64,000 bases of DNA, from assembly GCA_963727835.1 (NCBI GenBank), contig CAVSIB010000059.1, forward strand, positions 7,102 to 71,101. The letters run 5' to 3'. The stretch comes from an uncultured delta proteobacterium. GTDB lineage: Bacteria > Desulfobacterota > WTBG01 > JAGOGO01. Under the pieces are notes generated by a model, which did not search any database, was not told where the DNA came from, and was given only the letters and a program-made list of their open reading frames with translations. Position numbers and translations under genes: made by a program. The number at the start of each line of letters is the position of its first letter. The stretch's first letter is position 1. Positions 39,284-49,288 of the stretch are shown here, piece after piece.

Positions 39284-40636
39284 CTATTCCTTCCCCTGAT
39301 TGGTTTTAAGCTTTCTCCAGGTATCGAGCCGTTCTTTAATTTCTTTTTCTTGCCCTCGGTCAGTCGGACGATAATAAATATGGCCGCGCAATTTCTCAGG
39401 AAGATGGTTCTGGTTTACAATTGCTTCGGAAAAGTTGTGAGCGTACTTGTATTCTTTTCCGTATCCTAAGTCTTTCATAAGTTTTGTGGGGGCGTTCCTG
39501 ATGTGGAGAGGAACCGGAAGCGCACCTTCCTTCCGCACATCCTCCTGAGCCTTTCCATACGCGGTATAAAGGGCATTGCTCTTTGGCGCACACGCCAGAT
39601 AAATAGCAACCTGCACGAGCGCCAGTTCGCCTTCCGGAGAACCCACAAATTGAAAAGTCTGAAAACCGGAAACTGCCACCTGAAGCGCCTGGGGGTCAGC
39701 ATTGCCGATATCCTCGGAAGCAAACCTCACCATCCTCCGGGCAATATAGAGAGGCTCTTCGCCTGCCTCTAGCATCCGCACCAGCCAATACAAAGCGCCA
39801 TCCGGATCGCTATCTCTCAGGCTTTTGTGAAGAGCGGAAATAAGGTTGTAATGTTCTTCTCCCGATTTATCATAAAGGAGGGCTTTTTTCTGCATCGCCT
39901 CCTGAACCTGGGACACAGAAATTATGCGAATGTTTTTTTCATCGGGCGGGATACTAAAAACCGCAAACTCGATGGTGTTTAAGGCAGTCCGCCCATCCCC
40001 ATCGGAAAAATGAGCGATGTACTCCAAGGCCTCCGGGCTTATTTCCAGGTGGTACTCCCCTAAACCTTTTTCTTTATCGTTCAACGCTCGCTTAAGAATG
40101 GTTATTATTTCCTCTTCACCTAAGGGATTGAGCACAAATACCTTGGTTCGGGAAAGAAGCGGAGAAATCACTTCAAAGGAAGGATTTTCGGTTGTCGCGC
40201 CAATTAAAATTATGGTGCCCGCCTCAATATGAGGAAGGAAAGCGTCCTGCTGGGCTTTGTTGAACCGATGGATTTCATCAACAAACAGAATGGTCTTTTT
40301 CTTATTATAACTCCATTGGCGGCGTGCTTCATTAATCACCTCTTTGATCTCTTTCACCCCTGAGGTAACCGCGCTGAAAGCGACAAAATATTCTCCGGTG
40401 AGCTGAGTAATGAGGTGAGCCAAGGTGGTTTTGCCTGATCCGGGAGGCCCCCACAAGATCATGGAAGGGATCTGCTTCGCCAGGATAGCCTGCCGTAAAA
40501 TCCGGCCTTCTCCCAGAAGATGCTCCTGACCCACAAATTCATCCAAAGTCCGAGGCCGCATCCGGTCCGCTAAAGGCGCGGATATTTTTTTTTCAGCCTG
40601 AGGATGAGGGGAAAAAAGATCCATAGAGACGTCCAA
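39284..40636 (-). CDS. rarA: Replication-associated recombination protein A (AAA+ ATPase RarA/MgsA)
   Basis: PLADRMRPRTLDEFVGQEHL, Walker A WGPPGSGKTTLA, Walker B FVDEIHRFNK, and the MgsA C-terminal domain (HYNLISALHKSLRDSDPDGALYWL, IGNADP). Confidence 0.94.
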   Translation of the reverse strand: MDVSMDLFSPHPQAEKKISAPLADRMRPRTLDEFVGQEHLLGEGRILRQAILAKQIPSMILWGPPGSGKTTLAHLITQLTGEYFVAFSAVTSGVKEIKEVINEARRQWSYNKKKTILFVDEIHRFNKAQQDAFLPHIEAGTIILIGATTENPSFEVISPLLSRTKVFVLNPLGEEEIITILKRALNDKEKGLGEYHLEISPEALEYIAHFSDGDGRTALNTIEFAVFSIPPDEKNIRIISVSQVQEAMQKKALLYDKSGEEHYNLISALHKSLRDSDPDGALYWLVRMLEAGEEPLYIARRMVRFASEDIGNADPQALQVAVSGFQTFQFVGSPEGELALVQVAIYLACAPKSNALYTAYGKAQEDVRKEGALPVPLHIRNAPTKLMKDLGYGKEYKYAHNFSEAIVNQNHLPEKLRGHIYYRPTDRGQEKEIKERLDTWRKLKTNQGKE

Positions 40637-40872
40637 AAAAGATGGGTAAAGTTACTTTCATAATATTCTTGGGGTGCTTCATTGTCAAGGAACTATCTTA
40701 TTTCTGAGTAGTTTCTTGACAGTATCAAAAACCAATAACAACCCTGCGGGACTTCGCAAATTTTATCACAAGCATACCGCTGCTTTCCTTTCCAGCAGAC
40801 TTTTCAAAAAAATTTATTTAAAATCATGTTACACAACAATACCTTTGTTATCCAAGCGTTTATCCGTCGCAG

Positions 40873-40901
40873 TTGACAATCCTTCTCAATTTGAATAGGA
40901 T
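40873..40901 (+). promoter_or_regulatory. Candidate sigma70 promoter of iorA
   Basis: TTGACA (40873-40878), a 17-nt spacer, then TAGGAT (40896-40901). It is about 35 nt upstream of ORF 40937. Confidence 0.5.
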
Positions 40902-40936
40902 TACCTTCTCGTGATGTTAAAGTTTATGAATTTTTT

Positions 40937-42737
40937 ATGAATAAAAAAATGAGAAAACTACTCTCAGGAAATGAAGCCATCGCCCGGGGTGCGTATGAGG
41001 CTGGAGTAATGGTTGCCACGGGTTATCCGGGAACCCCGAGCACTGAAATTCTCGAAACCCTTCTTTCTTATCCCACGATCAAGGTTGAATGGACTCCGAA
41101 TGAAAAAGTGGCCCTCGAGGTGGGAAGCGGAGCGTCCCTAGCCGGAGCCCGGGCGTTGGTGGCCATGAAACATGTGGGTGTTAATGTGGCCGCTGATCCC
41201 CTCATGACCCTCCCCTACATCGGAGTAAAAGGGGGATTGGTACTGGTTTCTGCGGATGACCCGTCACTGCATAGCTCACAGAACGAACAAGATAACCGGC
41301 ATTATGCCGCATTTGCTAAAGTGCCCATGCTGGAACCGAGTGACAGCCAGGAGGCGAAGAATTTTGTTGCCATCGCCTTTGCCGTGAGTGAAAAGTTCGA
41401 CACCATCGTTTTGTTCCGCACCACCACCCGAGTCTCTCACTCAGTCTCCATCGTTGAATTAGCACATCCCCGAAAACCAAAGATCCCCGCCGGTCTCATC
41501 AAAGACCCCCTCAAGTATGTGATGGTTCCCGCAAACGCCCGCAAACGGCACCTTATTGTGGAAGAAAGGATAGAAAAACTGAAAGTCTTTGCGGAAGATT
41601 TTCCAGAAAACCGGATCGAATGGGGGGGAAAGAGTCTTGGCATCATTACCAGCGGTATCAGCTTTCAGCATGCCAAAGAAGTTTTTCCGCAAGCATCCTT
41701 TTTAAAACTGGGAATGACGTATCCGCTTCCAGAAAAAATGATTAAAAGGTTTGCCCATAACGTGAAAGAAGTCTTGGTCGTCGAAGAGCTTGATCCTTTT
41801 CTCGAAGAACGGGTGATCCTTCTGGGAATAAAAGTGAAGGGAAAGTCCCTCCTGCCTCGATGGGGTGAGCTTGATCCTGATCGGATAGAAGAAGGTATTA
41901 AAACCAAACACCTTAAAACTGCCGGACCAAGGGAATCCATTCCTTCCCGTCCCCCGAATCTTTGCCCAGGGTGTCCTCATCGGGGGGTCTTCTATGCCCT
42001 CAATAAATTAAAAGTCTTTGTAACCGGAGATATTGGCTGTTATACCTTGGCCTTTATGCCCCCTCTCAATGCGATTGATACCACGCTGTGCATGGGCGCA
42101 GGCATAGGGCAAGCCCATGGCATTGAAAAGGCAATGGGCGATAATGCTCTGGGGAAAGTTGTGGCGGTCATTGGTGACTCTACCTTTCTTCATTCAGGAA
42201 TAACCGGCCTTCTCAACATGAGTTATAACCAAGGAAGATCAACCGTTATCATCCTCGATAACCGCTATACGGCCATGACCGGCGGGCAGGAGCACCCGGG
42301 GACCGGATTTACTATCAGGGGAGACGAAACCTTTCGGGTTGATTATGGCGAGTTAGGGAAAGCGACTTGGCGCCCGTAATATCCGCACCGTAAACCCGTA
42401 TCATGTTGCCGAGACACTAACCACAATCAAAGAAGAGGTAAACCGCCCTGAGCTTTCGATCGTGATTTCAGAAGCCCCCTGTATTTTCAACCGTCGAGAA
42501 TTCACCCCGTTTCCAACACGCTTTCATGTTATGGAAGAAGCATGTATCGGCTGTCAAACGTGCATTCATTTGGGCTGTCCCGCGCTTGGGTGGGTGAAAA
42601 ATATTCCCCACGACACGGGAGATGAAAAGGAAAAAAAGAAAGGCCGGGCCATGATTGACCCTTTGCTCTGCATTGGGTGCGGTGTTTGCCAACAGGTGTG
42701 TAAAACAAAGGCAATTAAGGAAGTCGGACGTGAATAA
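40937..42737 (+). pseudogene. iorA: Indolepyruvate:ferredoxin oxidoreductase alpha subunit, frameshifted
   Basis: ORF 40937..42379 contains the pyrimidine-binding and TPP domains (GYPGTPSTEILE, GDSTFLHSG) and stops after ELGKATWRP. The expected LGARNIRTVNPYHVAETL...ISEAPC and the C-terminal ferredoxin domain (CIGCQTCIHLGCP, CIGCGVCQQVC) follow in another frame, through 42737. The lesion lies near 42362-42368 and is not in a homopolymer. Confidence 0.8.
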
Positions 42738-43737
42738 GAATACCAAGGACAGAGAACACACTTTCGAACCAGGATACAAGAAACTTTTACACTCGGGCGA
42801 ACTTTCTCTTCGGATCACTCACGCGTATGAGCTCCTCTCCTGCTGCACCTTGTGTCCCCGTCACTGCAAAGCTAACCGCCTGCAAGGTGAAAAGGGTTTC
42901 TGCGGAGGCGGAAACACTCTGGAGATTGCTCATTACGGCCCTCACTTTGGAGAAGAACCGCCCTTAACCGGAGAAAAGGGCGCGGGTACCATTTTTTTTA
43001 CCCACTGCAACCTTAAATGCTCCTTCTGCCAAAACCATCACCTCAGTCACGAAGGAGTCGGGTACCCCATCAGCGAAGAAAAGCTCGGAGAAATCATGCT
43101 TCATCTCCAGGCGCTCGGCTGCCACAACATTGATTTAGTAACCCCTTCGCATTTTCTCCCTTTTGTCCTGAAGGCACTATCCCTAGCCGCTACGCAGGGA
43201 CTTCGGATTCCGCTGGTGTATAACTCCAGCGGATATGAATCTCCGGAAACGCTGAAACTCCTTGAGGGGATCATAGACATTTATCTGCCGGATTGGAAGT
43301 ATGCTGAGGAAAGCGTAGGGAAACTATATTCTAACGCGCCTGATTATCCTTCGGTCTGCCAGGCAGCAGTAAAAGAAATGTATCGCCAGGTGGGAGATGT
43401 GACTGTCGATGACAATGAGATCGCTCTGCGGGGTTTGATTATCAGACACTTGGTACTGCCTCACCACCTTACCAACAGTGAAAAGGTCCTCGCGCTTATA
43501 CGCGCGGCCTTTCCCCGTTCAATTCGCGTAAGCCTTATGTCTCAATACGCTCCCCGGTTTCGCGCGCACGACCACTCCCTGATCAACCGACCCCTTAATC
43601 GAGAAGAATACCAGGAAATAAAAAAGGCAATGGAAAGATTGGAGTTCGAGGAATACTGGATCCAGGAGCTGGAAAGTCAGGAAGTGTTTTTCCCTGATTT
43701 TAAAATCACGAACCCCTTTTCTGTTCCCAAGGTTTAA
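42730..43737 (+). CDS. Radical SAM protein, PflX-like (putative pyruvate formate-lyase activase family, COG1313)
   Basis: CNLKCSFCQN radical SAM motif preceded by CTLCPRHCKANRLQGEKGFCG. The GTG at 42730 has an AAGGAAG RBS and overlaps the iorA stop by 8 nt. Confidence 0.75.
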   Translation: MNKNTKDREHTFEPGYKKLLHSGELSLRITHAYELLSCCTLCPRHCKANRLQGEKGFCGGGNTLEIAHYGPHFGEEPPLTGEKGAGTIFFTHCNLKCSFCQNHHLSHEGVGYPISEEKLGEIMLHLQALGCHNIDLVTPSHFLPFVLKALSLAATQGLRIPLVYNSSGYESPETLKLLEGIIDIYLPDWKYAEESVGKLYSNAPDYPSVCQAAVKEMYRQVGDVTVDDNEIALRGLIIRHLVLPHHLTNSEKVLALIRAAFPRSIRVSLMSQYAPRFRAHDHSLINRPLNREEYQEIKKAMERLEFEEYWIQELESQEVFFPDFKITNPFSVPKV

Positions 43738-43783
43738 AGACCCCCGCTGCCTTAATACCTTTAATCGATCAAAATCAACCCGG

Positions 43784-44505
43784 TCAGCAAAGGGCGTATA
43801 CCCCTTGGGAAAATCCTGCGGATACGCGCAGTGGCCTTGCATATAATGGTTCCAGCCCAGGCTTGTTCGCGAGTTTAATAAAGTCAACGCAAAAGGTCTG
43901 TTCCACCCTCGGTTTAGCGATTGTGGGGAAACGGCAGACCCCGGCTTTGATTTCCATGCAATGATCAAATTCCTCACAAAGACTCATGAGACAAGGGCCA
44001 AAGTGGCAGTTGATCGCGTAGTAGTGACCATCATAAAAAGCAGCACCCTCCACCGCGTCACCCATGCCGTAACAATACCGCTGAAAAGAACCCAACCGAT
44101 GACGCCCTTCCTTCGTTCGATAGTTGTTTAAAGAATCCGGGCCTGATATATATTTTCACCCCTCATGCGGAATGTCGACCCGATACACCAGTGCCCAGGT
44201 ATAGGCACGCAAAAATTCTTTTGCTTTCTGGAAATCTCCGCTGCAGTGCCGAGGGCAGCTTCCACTCAATCCGTAGCCAGGGCCACTTGGGAGAAGAGCA
44301 CTTTAAAAGAACACGGGGGTCTTGAGGAATAGCGCGTGCCCTGACAATCCGAGGCATCATCAGCGCCTCGTGCTTTGATAAGATCAACATATTTTTGGAG
44401 ATGAGTTTTCATTTCTCGTGGGGTGCACGGGATACGATGAGAAGGTATCCGGGGAATGCTTTTGTTCTCCGGCACACCCATCTTGGGAGGAGGGTTATCA
44501 AACAT
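43784..44505 (-). pseudogene. DUF2284 (predicted metal-binding protein) gene with three frameshifts and one in-frame TGA
   Basis: Family-like segments are spread over four reading-frame segments. The first is LQKYVDLIKARGADDA. The second is RIVRARAIPQDPRVLLKCSSPK. The third is GPGYGLSGSCP...EFLRAYTWALVYRVDIPHEG-TGA-KYISGP...FGPCLMSLCEEFDHCMEIKAGVCRFPTIAKPRVEQTFCVDFIKLANKPG. The fourth is WNHYMQGH... The TGA is at 44156-44158. Confidence 0.75.
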
Positions 44506-44823
44506 TTTTTTAAGACATCTTTTTTCACATATGATCCTCCCTCGGGTAAAAAGGTTTAATTTTTTTTGAATTTAATTTTAGCTTATATTATCATATTATC
44601 CTCACGCGGGTAAAGATTCTTTTAGTTCGGAAAGCCCACAATAAACCTAACCACTCCGTTAAGAAGTAAGTTCTTGACATATCTGAGCAATAATATAAAT
44701 TATCAATTTAACGTGAAGCACGTAATTTTGTCCTTAAAAAATGGTTTCGTTCTATTGGGTTAAGTTTCATTCGTTGAGCGCTATGGTACTAAAAAATTTA
44801 AAAGGCAATCAAAAAAAAATACC

Positions 44824-45387
44824 GTGATTCAATGGATGCTGTTTCTTTTTCTTATTGGACTAACTGCTGCCTCAATCTATTTGGTTAAACATCCCGACCT
44901 ACTGACCATGCTTCCCCATAAAAAGAAAATCCCCCCTTCTCCGATCGCGAAAGAAAAAAACTTTTCGGTAAACCTTTACTTTGGGGATTCGAACAGCGAT
45001 TACCTTATGCCGGAGCCACGAAGAATGATCCTGCAAGAGGGGGCAATAGAAAATAACGTGAAAAAAATTATTGAAGAACTTATTAAAGGGCCGAAAAGCA
45101 CCCTTATTCAAACGATACCGCACGGCGTAACAGTTCGAGGCATAGAACTAAAAGGGAATACTCGGGTGGTCATCGATTTTAGCTCGGAACTCGCTCGCAA
45201 CCATCCCGGAGGAAGTCTGGCGGAAATGCAAACGATTTATTCCATTGTCAATTCGATCTTACTCACTATTCCCTCGCTTACAGAAGTCCAAATCTTAGTG
45301 GATGGGCAATCTCAGGAAACCCTTAAAGGGCATATCGATCTCCGTGCGCCTTTAAAAGCGAACCTTTCCCTTATCAAAAAGGGGTAA
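44824..45387 (+). CDS. GerMN domain-containing protein (membrane-anchored)
   Basis: N-terminal TM helix. LYFGDSNSDYLMPEPRRM...IIEELIKGPKS..IPHGVTVRGIELKGN.VVIDFS...QILVDGQSQETLKGHIDL fits the GerMN domain. GTG start. Confidence 0.75.
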   Translation: MIQWMLFLFLIGLTAASIYLVKHPDLLTMLPHKKKIPPSPIAKEKNFSVNLYFGDSNSDYLMPEPRRMILQEGAIENNVKKIIEELIKGPKSTLIQTIPHGVTVRGIELKGNTRVVIDFSSELARNHPGGSLAEMQTIYSIVNSILLTIPSLTEVQILVDGQSQETLKGHIDLRAPLKANLSLIKKG

Positions 45388-45390
45388 ACT

Positions 45391-47430
45391 GTGGCTAAGA
45401 AAAACAGGTTAGAAAAAATTCGTAACATCGGAATCATCGCACACATTGACGCGGGGAAGACCACGGTTACCGAAAGGATTCTCTTTTATACCGGAAAATC
45501 TCATAAGATGGGAGAAGTCCATGATGGCCAGGCAATCATGGACTACTTAGTGCAAGAGCAGGAAAGGGGTATTACCATAACCTCAGCCGCCACCACCTGT
45601 ATGTGGCTTGATCATGAAATCCATATTATTGACACCCCGGGTCACGTCGATTTTACCATCGAAGTGGAACGGTCGTTGAGAGTTCTTGATGGCGCTATCG
45701 TTGTTTTTTGCGCGGTAGGAGGAGTGGAACCTCAGTCTGAAACCGTCTGGCATCAGGCAGATAAATACCGGGTTCCACGCATCGCTTTTATTAATAAGAT
45801 GGACCGGATCGGTGCCGACTTCCCGGGAACCATTCAGCAGATGAGAGATAAACTGGGCGTCTTGCCTCTTCTTCTCCAGCTTCCTTTGGGGGAAGAGGCG
45901 AATTTTCATGGCGTCATTGACCTCATTGCCAATCACGCGATCGTCTGGCATGAAAACACTTTAGGGTCAACCTATTCTAGCGAGCCGATTCCGAATGAGA
46001 AAAAGGAAGAAGCAGCTCACTATCGTGAACTCATTTTGGAAAAGGTTGCTGAAAATGATGAGCTCCTTCTGGAAAAATACCTGGGGGGAGAAGAAATTTC
46101 TTCTGAAGAAATGCGCCAGGGAATAAGAAAACTCACCTTGAGCATGAAGGTCATCCCGGTCCTGTGCGGAACCGCCTTAAGGAATAAAGGTATCCAGCCG
46201 ATTCTCGATGCCGTGGTCCATTACTTTCCTTCACCCGGCGACATGCCACCCGTAACCGGGGTAAATCCGAAAACGGGCGAGGAGGAACAAAGACCCAACA
46301 ACGACGATGCTCCTCTTGCTGCCCTGGCTTTTAAAATATTAACGGATGAAGAAAAGAGGAAACTCACGTTTATAAGGATTTATTCCGGGAAACTCTTGGC
46401 CGAATCAGAAGTTTATAATGCCAGCAAAAACAAAAGGGAGCGGATTGCCCGTCTTTTCCGGATGCACGCGAACAAACGAGAACGGATCAAGGAAGCAAAA
46501 GCCGGAGATATCGTCGGTGTGGTTGGTCTGAAAGATACCTTTACCGGAGATACCCTCAGTGACCAGGGGCACCCCATCGTTCTTGAACCGATTGATGTTT
46601 ACCGACCGGTTATGTCAATCGCGATCGAGCCCAAGACTCGCGATGATGTGGAAAAACTGGAAAGCGCCTTAAATAAATTAGTGGATGAGGATCCCACCTT
46701 CACGGTAAAGCATGACGAAGATTCCGCGCAAACGATTATTTCCGGTATGGGAGAACTCCATTTAGATGTACTGGTAACGCGCCTCTTGCAAGACTTCAGC
46801 GTCAATGTGAATGTCGGAAAACCCCAGGTCGTCTACCGGGAAACCATTGCCCGGACAATTGAGGTAGAAAGCAATTTTGACAAAGAGCTTGGCGGCGCCT
46901 TCCAGTTTGGCCAGGTCAAACTGAGACTTGAACCTTTAAAACGAGGCGAAGGCACCCGGTTTACTAAAAACCTGCCTGAAGACAAAATTCCCCCGCAATT
47001 CCTCGGTCCTATCGAAGATGGGGTTAACGAAGCATTACTGAGCGGTGTCATCGCCGGATATCCGATCGTTGACATAAAAATAACGTTGATTGATGGAATT
47101 TATCGCGAGGGTTCTTCGAGTGAGATGGGGTATAAAATTGCTACCTCCATGGGAGTCAAAGAGGGGTGTGAAAAAGCCGGAGCAGTGCTTTTAGAACCGT
47201 TTATGTCCATCGAGGTGGTTGCACCCGAAGAATTCATGGGAGAGGTGATCAGCGATTTAAGCGCCCGCAAAGGAAAGCTTGAAAATATCAGCAATAAGGG
47301 GAAGGTTTCCCTTATTAAGGCACTCGTCCCCTTAAAAAAGATGTTCGGCTATTCCACCAGCCTCCGTTCCGCCACCCAAGGAAGGGGAACCTTCACCATG
47401 CAGTTTGCTCGCTACGATCGAGTCGACTAA
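45391..47430 (+). CDS. fusA: Elongation factor G (stand-alone paralogue, not in an str operon)
   Basis: 679 aa. GTPase motifs [17 protein letters not shown] and NKMDR, plus EF-G domains II-V ([17 protein letters not shown]). GTG start. Confidence 0.9.
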   Translation: MAKKNRLEKIRNIGIIAHIDAGKTTVTERILFYTGKSHKMGEVHDGQAIMDYLVQEQERGITITSAATTCMWLDHEIHIIDTPGHVDFTIEVERSLRVLDGAIVVFCAVGGVEPQSETVWHQADKYRVPRIAFINKMDRIGADFPGTIQQMRDKLGVLPLLLQLPLGEEANFHGVIDLIANHAIVWHENTLGSTYSSEPIPNEKKEEAAHYRELILEKVAENDELLLEKYLGGEEISSEEMRQGIRKLTLSMKVIPVLCGTALRNKGIQPILDAVVHYFPSPGDMPPVTGVNPKTGEEEQRPNNDDAPLAALAFKILTDEEKRKLTFIRIYSGKLLAESEVYNASKNKRERIARLFRMHANKRERIKEAKAGDIVGVVGLKDTFTGDTLSDQGHPIVLEPIDVYRPVMSIAIEPKTRDDVEKLESALNKLVDEDPTFTVKHDEDSAQTIISGMGELHLDVLVTRLLQDFSVNVNVGKPQVVYRETIARTIEVESNFDKELGGAFQFGQVKLRLEPLKRGEGTRFTKNLPEDKIPPQFLGPIEDGVNEALLSGVIAGYPIVDIKITLIDGIYREGSSSEMGYKIATSMGVKEGCEKAGAVLLEPFMSIEVVAPEEFMGEVISDLSARKGKLENISNKGKVSLIKALVPLKKMFGYSTSLRSATQGRGTFTMQFARYDRVD

Positions 47431-47461
47431 ACAGCTTTGCTTGACTTTCTTCTAAATTTAT

Positions 47462-47812
47462 TTAATAAAAAAGGGGAGAAATCTGAAAAAGAGGGAACAG
47501 AGGATGAGCGAAAACCAAAAATAAACACCTAATGGTTTTAGCGATCAATGAGGTGTTTTTTTGTTTTGCAATCTTTATCATTGTCTCTGCTGTTATACCA
47601 CCTTGGGCGGTGTAGTCGGCAAAAGCTTCCTCGATCCGGTTTTTAAAGGCAGGATCATTTCCGATCAGGTAAGCGGCAAGGTCATCTTCAGTAATATGAT
47701 GGAGGACGTCTACGGGCTTTCCGTACGCAGTGATAAAAATACCTTTCTTTTTAGACTCGTTTATAAGGTTCATGGTTTTATGTTTGAGTTCTTTTATGCC
47801 CGCAAACCGCAT
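47462..47812 (-). CDS. Phd/YefM-like antitoxin domain protein with an aberrant hydrophobic C-terminal extension (no partner toxin)
   Basis: MRFAGIKELKHKTMNLINESKKKGIFITAYGKPVDVLHHITEDDL resembles the Phd/YefM N-terminal fold. The last roughly 30 codons (LIAKTIRCLFLVFAHPLFPLFQISPLFY) run through the fusA terminator hairpin. Confidence 0.5.
   Translation of the reverse strand: MRFAGIKELKHKTMNLINESKKKGIFITAYGKPVDVLHHITEDDLAAYLIGNDPAFKNRIEEAFADYTAQGGITAETMIKIAKQKNTSLIAKTIRCLFLVFAHPLFPLFQISPLFY
47524..47562. terminator. Hairpin plus T-run downstream of fusA (usable in both directions)
   Basis: AACACCT (47524-47530), a 20-nt loop, then AGGTGTT (47551-47557) followed by TTTTT. On the minus strand the same stem is followed by TATTTTTGG. 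It lies inside the 3' tail of ORF 47462..47812. Confidence 0.5.
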
Positions 47813-47947
47813 ACAAATCTCTTTTTAATAAGTTACACTTTAGCATAACTTTGACGACCGCCGATCTCAACAGAAAATGTGAAATCAATAAAATAAGTAT
47901 ACTTCGGGGGGAACTAAATTTTAAACTGTTCGACTCATCATGCACCA

Positions 47948-49246
47948 TTAATTTTTTGCTTTTAACACTTCAAGCAGGTGTTTGACCTTGACTGATTTTC
48001 CTTCTCGACGAAGGCCATCCAAGAACTGAAGCAGACAACCCATACACGAGGTAACCACCGTATCAACCTTTTTCTCGTCAATGGGTTTGATTCTCCGCTG
48101 AAAGATTTTTTTCGATAGATCATAGTGGCTTAAATTAAAGCTTCCGCCCGAGCCACAGCACAGGTTCTCATTGCCGGTCTCAATAAATTCAACCCCGGGT
48201 AAACTTTTAAGGAGCTTGCGGGGTGCTTCGAATATTCCCTGTTTGCGCCGCAAGTGGCAGGGATCATGGAACGTAAGCCGGGAAGACAGCGCGTTTGGTT
48301 TTGCCTTTCCTTCTGGCGCGTAGGATTTTTCCACTAAAAATTCGGAGACATCCTTTACCCGCTGAGAAAATCGTTTCGCCCTCTCCTTCCATTCCCCTTC
48401 CTCAAAGAGGTCAGGATAATGCTTGAGGTGAGCGCTGCAGGAAGAACACGACGCAACAATTGGGATAGAACCTGTTTTTTCAAACGCCTCGATGTTCCTC
48501 TTGACCAGCTCGACATCAATCTCATCCATCCCGGCGCCAAAGGCCATAAGCCCACAGCATGCCTGCTCCTGGGGGACCTGAACAGAAAGGTTCAGGTGTT
48601 TAAAGATTTCAACCGCGGCTTCCGGTACCTTGGGAAAAAGATAGTTCCCAACACAGCCCACAAAAAGGGCGACATCCGTTCTCTCCGGGACTTTTCCCCC
48701 GGAATATTTTTTTAAAAAAGGTTCTTTGGCGAGATCAGGAATAACGCGCTTTTTTCCCCACGAAGAAAAAGGAAACCGAAGATAAAGTCCGCTCTCAGAA
48801 GGTATTTTCTTTAAAAAAAGTGGCTGCAATAATTTCCCCGCCTGAAGGAGTTTATCCATCTTTTTAGGCGAGGTAAGGATATGCTGGAGCATAAGCTTCA
48901 GCGGGAGCGGGGGATATTTTTTGGAGAACAAAGCACCCCGCGCTTTCTGGATTATCTTATCGCCTTCCACTAAGTTGGGGCAGTTTTCCGTACAGGCGCC
49001 GCAAAGCAGACAAAGGGAGATAATCTCCTTAAGCTTTTTAGAAGAGCGCTTGAAGCCCTTGTCCCCCTGCGATTCGATCAGGGAAAGCTTTCCCCGGGCC
49101 ACTCCTTTCTCTCTTCCCAGCTCGCGATACACCGGACACACGCTTAAACAACGCCCGCATTTCACACAGCGAGAGGCATCAACAAGGAGTTGCTCGAACT
49201 GGTCGTGGGAAGATTGGGAATTTTTTTTTCGGTTTTGTTTCACCAT
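47948..49246 (-). CDS. Fe-S oxidoreductase with two 4Fe-4S motifs and two CCG domains (GlcF / HdrD-like)
   Basis: CVKCGRCLSVCP and CLLCGACTENCP, followed by the CCG motifs ACCGLMAFG and LCCGSGGSF. Confidence 0.88.
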   Translation of the reverse strand: MVKQNRKKNSQSSHDQFEQLLVDASRCVKCGRCLSVCPVYRELGREKGVARGKLSLIESQGDKGFKRSSKKLKEIISLCLLCGACTENCPNLVEGDKIIQKARGALFSKKYPPLPLKLMLQHILTSPKKMDKLLQAGKLLQPLFLKKIPSESGLYLRFPFSSWGKKRVIPDLAKEPFLKKYSGGKVPERTDVALFVGCVGNYLFPKVPEAAVEIFKHLNLSVQVPQEQACCGLMAFGAGMDEIDVELVKRNIEAFEKTGSIPIVASCSSCSAHLKHYPDLFEEGEWKERAKRFSQRVKDVSEFLVEKSYAPEGKAKPNALSSRLTFHDPCHLRRKQGIFEAPRKLLKSLPGVEFIETGNENLCCGSGGSFNLSHYDLSKKIFQRRIKPIDEKKVDTVVTSCMGCLLQFLDGLRREGKSVKVKHLLEVLKAKN

Positions 49247-49288
49247 AGGTCATACTTTTAGAAAGAACTCATTGTTGATGGTCCGTGG

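Noticed and set aside
44156-44158. In-frame TGA in the DUF2284 gene as a possible selenocysteine codon
   Set aside because: I could fold no convincing SECIS-like hairpin in the 40 nt downstream. The position is not a Cys-aligned site that I recognise. The same gene has three frameshifts, so decay is the simpler explanation.
44674-44702. TTGACA upstream of the GerMN gene as a promoter
   Set aside because: The best -10-like hexamers (TAATAT, TATAAA) lie only 11-14 nt from the -35, outside the functional spacer range.
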